Sequence record: DRR378314_916
Length of the DNA stretch: 64,000 nt
Strand: one strand, 5' to 3'
Positions within the stretch are counted from its first letter, which is position 1. Each line of letters starts with the position of its first letter. Below the pieces are notes generated by a model. It saw nothing but the letters and a program-made list of their open reading frames with translations, was not told the DNA's origin and searched no databases. Positions 29,539-39,889 of this stretch are shown here, piece after piece. Position numbers and translations under genes: made by a program.

Positions 29539-30804
29539 ATGGGACGCGTCATTTCAGTTCTGCTGCCAATCGGCATCCTCGCCGTGGTCGGTGTCGGCGG
29601 CATGATCGCCTTGTCCGCCATCCAGCCGGAGCCGGAAAAGGCTGAAGAGGCGCGCGGCGGGCTCAACGTTTTTGCCGAACCCGTTCGCCGGACGGATCTG
29701 ACGCTGGTCGTGGAATCCCAGGGCGAAGTGAAGCCGCGCCGCGAAATCATTGTAGCACCGCAGATCTCCGGCCGCATCTCGTATGTCTCACCAGACTTCA
29801 TCGATGGCGGCTTCATCAACAAGGGCCAGCTACTGGTACGTGTCGAAGCGGCGGATTATGAGCTTGCAGTTGTCCGCGCGCAGTCTTCTGTCGCCAGCGC
29901 CGAGCAGGCACTTGCCCGCGAAGAAGCGGAGGCCGAACTCGCCCGTCAGGACATCCTGGATCTCGGCATCTCGGACGCCTCTCCCCTGGCCCGGCGCGAG
30001 CCGCAGCTGGCCGAAGCCCGCGCGTCACTCGAATCTGCCAAGGCACAACTGAAAGATGCCCAGCTCGCGCTTGACCGGACCGCCGTCTATGCGCCGTTTG
30101 CTGGCCGCGTGCGTGAACGCAATGTGGACATCGGACAAGTCGTGTCAGTCGGTCAGTCCCTGGGTCAGATCTTTGCCAATGACGTTGTCGAAGTTGCCCT
30201 GCCTCTGAAGGACGCCGAAATGGGCCGCCTTGGCCTGCCACTTGCCTTCAGCTCAACGAAGGAGAAGCCGGGCCCGGATGTCACCTTCCGCGCAACTGTT
30301 GGCGGTGTGGAACGTGAATGGCACGGTCAGGTTGTCCGGACGGCTGCGGCGGTGAACTCCCAGACCCGTCAGATCAATGTGATTGCCGAACTTCAGGATC
30401 CCTATGGTGCGGGTGCGGACGGTGATGCGCCAATGGCCCCCGGCCTGTTCGTCAGTGCCACGGTGCAGGGCGAAACCCTGAACGATGTGCTGGTCGCGCC
30501 ACGCGGTGCCCTGCGCGGACAGGACCGCCTGTTCATTGGCCTTCCGGATGAAGGCCAGCTGTCCATCCGCAATGTGGAGCTGATCTATTCAGATGCCGAT
30601 GGTGCCTATATCGCCTCCGGTGCCGAGCCCGGCGAGTTGGCCATTGTCAGTCCCATCCAGGCCCCCTTCGACGGCATGAACATTACGGTCATGCAGCGCA
30701 TGGAAGATGGCACGATCAAGGTTTACGAGCCCAAGCGGGCAGATGAGACAATGTCCGGCGATTCCCCAACTCTGGCATCGACCGGTGAGGGAGCAGCGCA
30801 ATGA
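29539..30804 (+). CDS. RND efflux periplasmic adaptor (MFP)
   Basis: N-terminal TM, APQISGRI, coiled coil, YAPFAGRV, PGLFV. Confidence 0.92.
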   Translation: MGRVISVLLPIGILAVVGVGGMIALSAIQPEPEKAEEARGGLNVFAEPVRRTDLTLVVESQGEVKPRREIIVAPQISGRISYVSPDFIDGGFINKGQLLVRVEAADYELAVVRAQSSVASAEQALAREEAEAELARQDILDLGISDASPLARREPQLAEARASLESAKAQLKDAQLALDRTAVYAPFAGRVRERNVDIGQVVSVGQSLGQIFANDVVEVALPLKDAEMGRLGLPLAFSSTKEKPGPDVTFRATVGGVEREWHGQVVRTAAAVNSQTRQINVIAELQDPYGAGADGDAPMAPGLFVSATVQGETLNDVLVAPRGALRGQDRLFIGLPDEGQLSIRNVELIYSDADGAYIASGAEPGELAIVSPIQAPFDGMNITVMQRMEDGTIKVYEPKRADETMSGDSPTLASTGEGAAQ

Positions 30805-33800
30805 GCAGCATTGTCGCCTGGTTTGCTCGTAACGCGGTTGCCGCAAACCTCCTGATGATCGTCGCCTTCGTCGGCGGAGTGTTCGGTTACACCAAGATGG
30901 AACAGGAAATGTTCCCGGTGGTGAACATTTCCGGCGCATCGGTTTCCGTTTCCTGGAATGGTGCGTCACCACAAGACGTTGAAGAACAGATTGTCACGCG
31001 GATCGAAGAAGCCGTTGCCGACATCAACGGCCTCGACCGGATCACATCCATCGCCAATGAAGGCATGGGCGTGGTCAATATCAAAGGCCGTGACGATATC
31101 GACATGCAGGAATTCCTCGACGAGGTGAAACTCCGCGTCGACCAGATCAACAACCTTCCGCAAGCCGCCTTCGAACCTCAGGTTCAACGCTGGGAGCAGC
31201 GCAATGCCTTCATGGGGATCGCCATTCACGGCGACGTTGACCCCCGCACGCTGAAACGTCTCGCAGACAATGTGCGCGACGACATCGCGAATATTCCCGG
31301 CGGCGAGTTGGCGCAATTGCAGGGTGTTATCTCAGAACAGGTCAATATTGAAGTGTCCGAAGACGCCCTGCGTCGCTATGGTCTTAGCTTCAGTGATGTG
31401 GCGAATGCCATTCGCCGGTCATCCCTGAACTCATCGGGTGGGCGCATTGAATCATCGACAGGTGATGTGTCAATCACGGCGCGGCAGCTCGCCGATACAG
31501 CTGACCAGTTCGGCAACATCATCATCCGGCAGACCACCGAGGACGGCACGATCCGCGTCGATGATGTCGCTCAGATCGATGATGGATTCGTTACCGACAA
31601 ATTCAGCGCACAGTTCAATGGCGACCCAACAGCGTTCGTCATGATCCGTTCGCCGGATACGATGCACATCGTCGACTATACGGACAATTTCAAGAAATAC
31701 ATCGAGCAGGCCAACGACCCGTCCAACGGCATCCTGCCGCAAGCCGTGAAGATCGACATTCTCTGGGACGATTCCGAGGCATTCAAGGCGCGGATGGATT
31801 TGATCACGGAATCCGCCATGATGGGCGCCGTGCTCGTGATGCTGGTGCTAGTCCTCTTCCTGCGGCCGACTGTTGCCCTGTGGGTGACCATCGGAATCAT
31901 GACGGCCTTTGCGGGCGGCATTCTGCTCCTCCCCTATTTCGGCGTCTCATGGAACATCCTGTCCACCTTCGCCGTGCTGCTGGTGATCGGGGTGATCGTG
32001 GATGACGCGATCATTGTGGGTGAAAACATTCACCGGGAGATCGAAAGCGGGCGACGCGAAGGGCTCGATGCGGCCATTGTTGGCACCCAACTGGTCCTGA
32101 AACCGGTGATCTTCGGTGTTCTCACTACCATCATCGCCTTCCTGCCCTGGGCATTCATTACAGGCCCGACCCGCATGTTCACGCAGCAGATCACCTTCGT
32201 GGTTGTCGCAGCACTGATCTTCTCGATTATCGAATGCATGCTGATCCTGCCGAGCCATCTGGCGCACATGAAGCAGCAGAAGTTTGACGGGCCGTCGGGG
32301 CGCTTCCTGAAAATCCAGCGTCGCATTGCGGACAGTTTGCTCTGGTTTGCGAACAACATCTACAAACCCGTACTCGAACTCGCGATCCGGTTCCGATACG
32401 CGACCGTGGTCTTTTTCTTCTGCCTGTTCTTCCTTGCAACACAGGTCTCCGGAAAGGGCATTGTGCCATTCAAATTCATGCCGGAAATCGAGGCTGACCT
32501 CATTCAGGTCGACATCGATATGCCGGACGGCACCCCCTATTCCCGCCTCATCCAGATTCGGGACCAGCTACAGGCCGGTATCAAGAAGACCAAGGAAGTC
32601 ACGGATGCGAAGTATCCGGACATTGAAGGCGGGCTTGTCACCGACGCCTCTGTTGTTGCCGCGGATGGTCGGGTGCAGGCATGGGTCGGCCTGCTGCCAC
32701 CGGAAGAACGTCCGCAGGGCGTGCGCTCAAAGGACATTTCCGAGCAGATGCGCAACTATGTCGGCGAAATTCAGGATGCCGAGGAAATCAGCTTCGACTT
32801 CACGTTCAATGATGAACAGAGCGGCGTTCGCTTTGCCTTGAACCACAATGATCTTGACCGCCTGAGGGAAGCCGCCGCAGCCGTGAAGGCGCAGCTTGCG
32901 ACCTATTCCAACACCTACGACATCGGGGACAATCTCTCGTCCGCAGCAGAAGAGATCCGTATCTCGCTGAAGCCCGGCGCCGAAACACTGGGCATCACGC
33001 TAGCCGATGTGTCAGACCAGCTCCGACAGGCTTATTATGGTGAAGAGGTTCAGCGCCTGCCACGAGACGGGGAAGACGTGCGCGTCATGGTGCGCCTGCC
33101 AGAATCGGCTCGGGAAGATCTCGACAGCATCGACACACTTCGCATCCGGACATCTGACGGCCGCGAAATCCCCATCACCCAGGTCGCAGAGTTCAATTAT
33201 GCCCCCGGCATCAACCGCATTGTCCGGCGCAACCGCACACGTTCCGTATCCGTCTATTCCGAAGTGATGGGCGAAGGCGGGCGCGGTCAGATCATGTCCG
33301 CCATGGAAGAGGAATTCTGGCCTGATTTCGCACGCCAGTTCCCGGACGTGCAACGCGGCGAAGCGGGCGGCTTTGAGGAAGAACAGAAATTCTTCAGCGA
33401 AATCGGTCGCCTTATCCTGATCGCCATTGGCACGATGTATATCCTGCTGGCCGTCGCGTTCCGTTCCTATGCCCAGCCGCTCCTGCTGATGATGGCCCTG
33501 CCCTTCGCATATGCTGGTGCGGTCTTTGGGTTGTGGGCCTTTAATACGCCTATGGCGATGTTCTCCTTCTTTGGCATCGCTGCGGCGGCAGGCGTCGTGA
33601 TCAACGACAACCTCGTGCTGATCGATTATGTGAACCGCCGGCGCGACGAAGGCGCAGGCGCGGTTCAGGCCCTGGTCGATGGCGGCGTCTCGCGGTTCCG
33701 TCCGATCCTGCTGACATCGGTCACGACATTCGTCGGCATCCTGCCCCTGATTGCGGAAAAGTCTGTTCAGGCACAATTCCTGAAACCGATGGTCGTGTCG

Positions 33801-34022
33801 CTTGGCTCTGCCGTTGCCTTTGCCCTGTTTGTCTCCCTGCTCATGGTTCCGACCCTGTATGCCGTAGGCGTGGAGATTGGGCGCGTGTTCCGCTGGACAT
33901 GGGGCGGCAAGCCGTTCCGCCAGATTGGCGAAACCTATAGTGGTCAGGTCACCATTGACGAAGATGAACTGATCGGAACCAGCCGCGATAGCACCCTTGG
34001 CCACGCGGCCCCAGCCGAATAG
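30801..34022 (+). CDS. RND efflux permease (AcrB/AcrD/AcrF family)
   Basis: 1073 aa; GVIVDDAIIVGENI, RFRPILLTSVTTFVG. Confidence 0.95.
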   Translation: MSSIVAWFARNAVAANLLMIVAFVGGVFGYTKMEQEMFPVVNISGASVSVSWNGASPQDVEEQIVTRIEEAVADINGLDRITSIANEGMGVVNIKGRDDIDMQEFLDEVKLRVDQINNLPQAAFEPQVQRWEQRNAFMGIAIHGDVDPRTLKRLADNVRDDIANIPGGELAQLQGVISEQVNIEVSEDALRRYGLSFSDVANAIRRSSLNSSGGRIESSTGDVSITARQLADTADQFGNIIIRQTTEDGTIRVDDVAQIDDGFVTDKFSAQFNGDPTAFVMIRSPDTMHIVDYTDNFKKYIEQANDPSNGILPQAVKIDILWDDSEAFKARMDLITESAMMGAVLVMLVLVLFLRPTVALWVTIGIMTAFAGGILLLPYFGVSWNILSTFAVLLVIGVIVDDAIIVGENIHREIESGRREGLDAAIVGTQLVLKPVIFGVLTTIIAFLPWAFITGPTRMFTQQITFVVVAALIFSIIECMLILPSHLAHMKQQKFDGPSGRFLKIQRRIADSLLWFANNIYKPVLELAIRFRYATVVFFFCLFFLATQVSGKGIVPFKFMPEIEADLIQVDIDMPDGTPYSRLIQIRDQLQAGIKKTKEVTDAKYPDIEGGLVTDASVVAADGRVQAWVGLLPPEERPQGVRSKDISEQMRNYVGEIQDAEEISFDFTFNDEQSGVRFALNHNDLDRLREAAAAVKAQLATYSNTYDIGDNLSSAAEEIRISLKPGAETLGITLADVSDQLRQAYYGEEVQRLPRDGEDVRVMVRLPESAREDLDSIDTLRIRTSDGREIPITQVAEFNYAPGINRIVRRNRTRSVSVYSEVMGEGGRGQIMSAMEEEFWPDFARQFPDVQRGEAGGFEEEQKFFSEIGRLILIAIGTMYILLAVAFRSYAQPLLLMMALPFAYAGAVFGLWAFNTPMAMFSFFGIAAAAGVVINDNLVLIDYVNRRRDEGAGAVQALVDGGVSRFRPILLTSVTTFVGILPLIAEKSVQAQFLKPMVVSLGSAVAFALFVSLLMVPTLYAVGVEIGRVFRWTWGGKPFRQIGETYSGQVTIDEDELIGTSRDSTLGHAAPAE

Positions 34023-34094
34023 ACTGGGATCAATCTTGGATACGGGCCTGGCCGCATGCGCGCTGGGCCGCATCCTTTTATTGGAGAGACCTTG

Positions 34095-36317
34095 ATGAAG
34101 AAACTCATGCTCGGGGCCGCATCGATTGCCCTGCTCGCAGCATGCGGCCCAGCCGCTCAGGAAGAAACCGCCACTCCCGCCGAGGCAACGGAGGCGACAT
34201 CCACATCTGCAACAACACCCAACGCAGACGGAAAATATGTGACGCCCGAAGGGCTGGAACTGTCTGCCGCTGATTATTGGGGCGATTGGGGGGTCGACCT
34301 GACCCTTCGGGACGAAACAGTTGATCCGGGCGATGATTTCTACACATACGCAAACGGCAAATGGCTCGACAGCTTTGTCATCCCGAGCGACCGCACACGG
34401 TACGGTGCCTTCACCCTGCTGGCGGAAAAGTCCGAGCAGCGCGTCCTGAACATTATCCAGGAACTTGCCGAAGCCGAGCCTGATCCATCCACGCTCGAAG
34501 GCAAGGTTGCGTCCGTATACAACGCCTATATGGACACAAGCGGGATTGAGGCCGCCGGTCTGGCGCCTGCCACGCCATACCTCAGCAAGATTGAAGGCCT
34601 GTCCAGCCGCGAAGACCTCGCCAAGCTGTTTGCCGCCACCGGGTACTCCTCCCCGATTGCGGGCTGGGTCGATGTCGATTCCAAACAGACCGACCAGTAC
34701 ATCTTCTATGTCACGCAATCCGGCCTCGGCATCGGAGACCGCGACTACTATCTGACCGACAGCGAAAAGAATCTCGAAATCCGCGCAGCTTACAAGACCA
34801 TGCTGGCCACGCTTCTGACTGAGGCTGGTTACGACGATCCCGAAGCGGCCGCCGATCGCGTCATCGCGCTCGAGACCCGCATGGCCGAGGCGCATTGGGA
34901 CCGCGCAGCTGGCCGCAATCGCAACCTCACCTACAACAAGATGACCCGCGCCGAGCTTGAAGCCCTGGCCGGAGACTTCCCGCTGGCAACCATGCTGATG
35001 GATCTCGGCCTGAACGGCGAAGACGAGTTCGTCGTACGTCAGGTTACGCCGACAGCGGAAGAAATCGAGGAGAACGGCCTGACACCGGAACAGGTCGAGA
35101 AGGTTTCGGGCGGCGGCATTGCCGGCCTGTTCGAGATCATGCAGACGGCACCTCTCGAAGACTGGCAGGCTTACCTTGCTGCACACTTCCTGATCGACCA
35201 TGCCGATGTGCTGCCCAAGCGCCTCGATGAGGCGACCTTCGAATTCTACGGCAAGACCCTTGGAGGCGCGGAAGAACAGCGTGAGCGCTGGAAGCGTGCC
35301 GTATCCACCGTCGAAGGCTCCGTCGGTGAAGCTGTTGGCAAAGTATATGCGGACCGCTTCTTCCCTGCCGAGAACAAGGCGGCCATGGACGAACTCGTCG
35401 CCAATCTGCGCCTGGCCATGAACAGCAATCTCGACGAGATCGAATGGATGGGCGAGGAAACCAAGGTCGAGGCACGTGACAAGCTCGCGAAGTTCACACC
35501 GAAGATCGGCTATCCCGAGAATTTCGAGACCTATGAACAGTTGAATGTCGGCCCGGACGCGTTTGCGAACAATATGGCCGTCAATGACTGGGCCTGGAAG
35601 GACATGATCTCCCAACTCGGCCAGCCGATTGACCGCACCGAATGGTTCATGCTGCCGCAAACGGTCAACGCGTATTATTCGCCGAACCGCAACGAGATCG
35701 TGTTCCCGGCCGCAATCCTTCAGCCTCCCTTCTTCAATCTGACGGCAGATCCTGCCGTGAATTATGGCGCCATTGGCGGCGTGATCGGTCATGAAATCGG
35801 TCACGGGTTTGATGATCAGGGCGCCAAGTCTGATGGAAATGGCACGCTGCGGAACTGGTGGACCGCCGAAGACGAGGCCAATTTCAAGGCCAAGACCGGT
35901 GCGCTGGTTGAACAGTACAACGCGCTCTGCCCGCTGGACGAGGGCGAAACCTGCGTCAACGGCTCCCTGACCCTCGGCGAGAACATAGGCGACCTGGGCG
36001 GCCTCTCCATGGCCTACAAGGCCTACAAGCTGAGCCTGGACACCGATGGCGACGGCACAATCAGCGCAGAAGAGGAAGCGCCCGTCATCGACGGCCTGAC
36101 CGGCGATCAACGCTTCTTCCTGTCCTGGGCACAGGTCTGGCGCTCCAAATACCGTGAGGAAGCCACGCGTCGCCAATTGCTGACCGACCCACACTCTCCG
36201 CCGGTCTACCGCGTGAATGGCGTGGTTCGTAACCTCGCCGAATGGTATGACGCTTTCAACGTTACCGAGGATAACGAAATGTACCTGCCTCCGGAACAAC
36301 GCATCCGGATCTGGTAA
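34095..36317 (+). CDS. M13 family metallopeptidase lipoprotein (PepO/neprilysin-like)
   Basis: lipobox LAAC; VNAYY, HEIGHGFD, GENIGDLGG, DPHSP. Confidence 0.95.
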   Translation: MKKLMLGAASIALLAACGPAAQEETATPAEATEATSTSATTPNADGKYVTPEGLELSAADYWGDWGVDLTLRDETVDPGDDFYTYANGKWLDSFVIPSDRTRYGAFTLLAEKSEQRVLNIIQELAEAEPDPSTLEGKVASVYNAYMDTSGIEAAGLAPATPYLSKIEGLSSREDLAKLFAATGYSSPIAGWVDVDSKQTDQYIFYVTQSGLGIGDRDYYLTDSEKNLEIRAAYKTMLATLLTEAGYDDPEAAADRVIALETRMAEAHWDRAAGRNRNLTYNKMTRAELEALAGDFPLATMLMDLGLNGEDEFVVRQVTPTAEEIEENGLTPEQVEKVSGGGIAGLFEIMQTAPLEDWQAYLAAHFLIDHADVLPKRLDEATFEFYGKTLGGAEEQRERWKRAVSTVEGSVGEAVGKVYADRFFPAENKAAMDELVANLRLAMNSNLDEIEWMGEETKVEARDKLAKFTPKIGYPENFETYEQLNVGPDAFANNMAVNDWAWKDMISQLGQPIDRTEWFMLPQTVNAYYSPNRNEIVFPAAILQPPFFNLTADPAVNYGAIGGVIGHEIGHGFDDQGAKSDGNGTLRNWWTAEDEANFKAKTGALVEQYNALCPLDEGETCVNGSLTLGENIGDLGGLSMAYKAYKLSLDTDGDGTISAEEEAPVIDGLTGDQRFFLSWAQVWRSKYREEATRRQLLTDPHSPPVYRVNGVVRNLAEWYDAFNVTEDNEMYLPPEQRIRIW

Positions 36318-36346
36318 ATCTCGTAAACCGTAGGTTTTATTACAGT

Positions 36347-36373
36347 TGGCGGCGCCTGCGGGCGCCGCCATTT
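36347..36373 (+). terminator. putative terminator after the M13 peptidase
   Basis: perfect 10-bp stem TGGCGGCGCC/GGCGCCGCCA, 4-nt loop, short T tail. Confidence 0.6.
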
Positions 36374-36420
36374 ACGTGTTCTGAAGGATTTTTCCGGTAC
36401 ACCCGTGTTAGCGCCGAAAC

Positions 36421-36436
36421 TGGCACATGGGTTGCA
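36421..36436 (+). promoter_or_regulatory. sigma54 (-24/-12) promoter
   Basis: TGGCAC-ATGGG-TTGCA exact consensus, 35 nt upstream of the PilZ gene. Confidence 0.75.
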
Positions 36437-36471
36437 TCGGTGTTCTTGAAGAAATCCTGTCTGGGAAAAAC

Positions 36472-36795
36472 ATGTTCAACAATTTGTTCAAATCGAAGAA
36501 ATCTGCTGCCTCTGCCCCTGCGGCTGAGCGCGTTGAGCGAATGGTTGCCCCATCCCGCGAACGGCCCCGACCAGCGCGCGCATCGGTCTATCGCGAGGCC
36601 AATGTCGTCTATGACACAGGCTACAAGCGCCGCGGCATCGTACTGGATCATTCTGATACAGGCGTGCGCCTTCGCTTTCCCACGAATGAGGGCATGCCCG
36701 AATTTGTAACACTCAACGCCATTGGCGTTGGAATTGTCGGCCCCGCCCGGGTCGTATGGCAAAAGGGCTCTGAGGCCGGTTTTCAACTGGTCTGA
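36472..36795 (+). CDS. single-domain PilZ protein
   Basis: RERPRPAR (RxxxR) and DHSDTG (DxSxxG) motifs, ARVVW. Confidence 0.8.
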   Translation: MFNNLFKSKKSAASAPAAERVERMVAPSRERPRPARASVYREANVVYDTGYKRRGIVLDHSDTGVRLRFPTNEGMPEFVTLNAIGVGIVGPARVVWQKGSEAGFQLV

Positions 36796-36890
36796 TCGCC
36801 CAAGCTCTTTCGCGCCAATTTGGCGGAATCCCTTGGCAAACCTGATTTCAGGGTCTTCAATGCCCTTTCCGCAAAGGAAAGGGACGCAAA

Positions 36891-37130
36891 ATGGCTATCA
36901 TGAAATCAGAACAGATCATGTCGGAATCGACCAAATCCTTCGAGGATGCGATTCAGACTGCCGTCACGCGATTTGACGCCACGGTCAAAGGTCTGGCCTC
37001 GGCCTATGTCAACGAGATGTACACCACCATCAAGAACGGCAAGATCGACAAATACCGCGTCAATCTTCAGATGACGTTCGAAGTCATGCCGCCAAAGGCT
37101 GACGACAAGGCCAAGCGTAAGAAGAAGTAA
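36891..37130 (+). CDS. dodecin family protein
   Basis: SESTKSFEDAIQTAV...YRVNLQMTF. Confidence 0.85.
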   Translation: MAIMKSEQIMSESTKSFEDAIQTAVTRFDATVKGLASAYVNEMYTTIKNGKIDKYRVNLQMTFEVMPPKADDKAKRKKK

Positions 37131-37140
37131 CGCAGCCCAT

Positions 37141-37503
37141 TTGGCAAAAACCGTTGAATCCTGGTTCGAGGGCCTTGAGCCTCAACAGCGCGAAATCGCA
37201 AACGCGCTCAAGGCCCTGATCGAACAGACAGGCCCTGCCCTGTCCTGCAAGCTGGCATGGGGTTTTCCATGCTGGAGCGGGAATGAGCGAATTTTCTCGA
37301 TCGCCGCGTACAAGGACCGGTGCAATCTGCAGCTTTTCTATGGCGCGCAGCTCACCAACACATCGCCAGACCGCATCGAAGGCACTGGCAAGGCCCTGCG
37401 GCATATAAAGGTCCGGTCGGTCGAAGACGTTGATGAAACAGTGAAGCAGATCATTGCCGAAGCAATCCGGCTGGACGCAACCAACCCGCAACGCGTGCGC
37501 TGA
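37141..37503 (+). CDS. DUF1801 domain protein
   Basis: LAWGFPCW, LQLFYGAQL, IEGTGKALRHIK; TTG start. Confidence 0.8.
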   Translation: MAKTVESWFEGLEPQQREIANALKALIEQTGPALSCKLAWGFPCWSGNERIFSIAAYKDRCNLQLFYGAQLTNTSPDRIEGTGKALRHIKVRSVEDVDETVKQIIAEAIRLDATNPQRVR

Positions 37504-37627
37504 CCGGAACGCCATCTCGCAAAATTGATATCCGTCGAACGCCACGTCTTCGCGATCCTCTTGACGAGTCCGGCCCGGAAGCGCTTTGTGTTCGCAACTG
37601 CAAAAAACCGAACCGGAAGGAAACTCC

Positions 37628-38809
37628 ATGTCTGATCAAGATCCCGTCGTTATCGTCGGTATGGGCCGCACGCCCATGGGTGGTTTGCTCGGCGACCTTG
37701 CTGGCCTGACAGCCAGCGAACTGGGCGCCATCGCCATTGAGAAGGCCGTCAGCGAAGCCAAGCTCGCCCCCGGCGAAGCCAATGAAATCATCATGGGCAA
37801 CTGCCTTCCTGCCGGCCAGGGACAGGCCCCTGCCCGTCAGGCCGGGTTCAAAGCCGGTCAGGACAAGGGCCTTGAAGCCACCACAATCAACAAGATGTGC
37901 GGTTCCGGCATGCAGGCCGCTGTCATGGCGCGCAATGCCATTCTCGCAGGCGATGCAAACATCGTGATCGCTGGCGGCATGGAATCCATGACCAACGCCC
38001 CGCACCTGATGCAGGTCCGCAAGGGCCACAAATACGGCACCATGGCCGCACAAGACCATATGGCGCTGGACGGCTTGTCTGATGCTTACAAGGGCGGCCC
38101 CATGGGCGAGTTCGCCGACATGATTGCCGGAGAATACCAGTTCACCCGCGAGCAACAGGACGCCTACGCGCTGGAAACGCTGAAGCGGGCCCAGGAAGCG
38201 ACAGCAAACGGCAAGTTCAAGCGCGAGATTGCCCCGGTCACGATCAAATCCCGCAAGGGCGAGACGGTTGTCGATACTGACGAACTGCCCCGCACAGCCC
38301 GCCCGGACAAGATCCCGAGCCTGCGTCCGGCGTTCTCGAAAGACGGCACAGTGACCGCGGCCAACGCCTCCGCCATTTCCGATGGTGCGGCAGCGCTGGT
38401 GCTGATGCGCGAATCCGAAGCGAAGAAGCGCGGCCTCGAGCCGCTCGCCAAGATCGTCTCCTCGTCCAGCCATGCGCATGAGCCGGAATACTTCACCACC
38501 GCGCCCGTGCCCGCCATGAAAAAGGCGCTCGAAAAGGCTGGCTGGAGCATCGACGAAGTTGAACTCTGGGAAGTGAACGAAGCTTTCGCCGTGGTTCCGA
38601 TGATCGCGATGAAAGAGTTGGGCATTCCCCACGAGAAGCTGAACGTGAATGGCGGCGCCTGTGCCATGGGCCACCCAATCGGCGCTTCTGGCGCACGCCT
38701 GATCGTCACCCTCCTGGCCGCGATGGAAGATCGTGGCCTGAAGAAGGGTATGGCCAGCCTCTGTATCGGCGGCGGCGAAGGCATCGCCATGGCGCTGGAA
38801 CGCTACTAG
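37628..38809 (+). CDS. acetyl-CoA C-acyltransferase (thiolase)
   Basis: INKMCGSG, NEAFA, GHPIGASG, SLCIGGGEG. Confidence 0.95.
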   Translation: MSDQDPVVIVGMGRTPMGGLLGDLAGLTASELGAIAIEKAVSEAKLAPGEANEIIMGNCLPAGQGQAPARQAGFKAGQDKGLEATTINKMCGSGMQAAVMARNAILAGDANIVIAGGMESMTNAPHLMQVRKGHKYGTMAAQDHMALDGLSDAYKGGPMGEFADMIAGEYQFTREQQDAYALETLKRAQEATANGKFKREIAPVTIKSRKGETVVDTDELPRTARPDKIPSLRPAFSKDGTVTAANASAISDGAAALVLMRESEAKKRGLEPLAKIVSSSSHAHEPEYFTTAPVPAMKKALEKAGWSIDEVELWEVNEAFAVVPMIAMKELGIPHEKLNVNGGACAMGHPIGASGARLIVTLLAAMEDRGLKKGMASLCIGGGEGIAMALERY

Positions 38810-38818
38810 GGCGGCCAT

Positions 38819-39889
38819 ATGCTGGATGAAACCCGGATCCTCGACCATTTCGCCGAGCAGGCGCGCTGGTGCGAGGATCTGGGGTCACCGTTTACCGCTG
38901 CGCTGCTCCGGCGGTTTGCAGACGATTTCGACGCAGGCGGCCCCGTTGCAGACATCTGCGGCGACTGGAGCGGCAATCCCCGCAAGGATGCGCTCGGCCT
39001 GCGCCTGACCGGGTACCTGCACCACGCCGTCCTGACAGGTACGGCGAAGGCGCTCGCTGCCACCTATCCCGCCGCGTCACCTGACTGGAACATGGATACG
39101 GTCTGGCGAGAGGCGCGAACGTGGCTTGAGAACCATCCGGAGGATGCGCGCGCCTATCTGAAGAGCCCTCCGCAGACGAATGAAACGCGCCGGTCCATCG
39201 CGCTTCTGCCCGGCTTTCTGGAGCTGGCCACCAAGTTCCGCATGCCCATGCACCTGCTGGAACTGGGCGCCAGCGCGGGCCTGAACCAGAATTGGGATCG
39301 GTTCACCTATGACGGCGGCACATGGCAAAAGCCCGGCCCCAGCGATGTTACCATTTCCACCGTCTGGAACGGCCCCGCCCCTGCCCACCTTGAAGCTGCG
39401 CCCCTGATCCAATCCCGCGCTGGGTGCGATCTGAACCCGATAGATGTGTCTGATGAAGCCGCCTATCTGCGCCTCAAATCCTATATCTGGCCAGACCAGG
39501 CCGGGCGTCTTGCGCGGCTCGATGCAGCTGCCGACCTTGCCCGCCAGAGGGGCGTGCGGATCGAACAGGCCGACGCTGTCGACTGGTTGACGGATCGACT
39601 CGCAAACCGCCCGGCGGAAGGGCTGACCGTCGTTTATCACTCCGTTTTCCTCGTCTATCCGCCCAAGGAAGACATCGCCCGCATCATGCGGCTGATCGAG
39701 GAGGCGGGCGCGGCGGCCACGGCAGACGCGCCGCTCGCCTGGCTATGTTTCGAACCGGAATCCCTGTTTGGAGGAGACCGCACATCCCCGCGCATGCAGA
39801 CACGGCTTCAGAGTTGGCCCGATGGCAGCGCACGCACACTGAACGAATCTGATGGCCACGTCACCTATATTGACGTTCTGGACGACTAG
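38819..39889 (+). CDS. DUF2332 family protein
   Basis: PQTNETRR, ELGASAGLN, GCDLNP, SYIWPDQ, VVYHS. Confidence 0.85.
   Translation: MLDETRILDHFAEQARWCEDLGSPFTAALLRRFADDFDAGGPVADICGDWSGNPRKDALGLRLTGYLHHAVLTGTAKALAATYPAASPDWNMDTVWREARTWLENHPEDARAYLKSPPQTNETRRSIALLPGFLELATKFRMPMHLLELGASAGLNQNWDRFTYDGGTWQKPGPSDVTISTVWNGPAPAHLEAAPLIQSRAGCDLNPIDVSDEAAYLRLKSYIWPDQAGRLARLDAAADLARQRGVRIEQADAVDWLTDRLANRPAEGLTVVYHSVFLVYPPKEDIARIMRLIEEAGAAATADAPLAWLCFEPESLFGGDRTSPRMQTRLQSWPDGSARTLNESDGHVTYIDVLDD

Noticed and set aside
33012-36371. 1119 aa ORF on the minus strand
   Set aside because: Antisense shadow of the RND permease end and M13 peptidase; no motifs; long stop-free antisense frames are expected with high-GC codon bias
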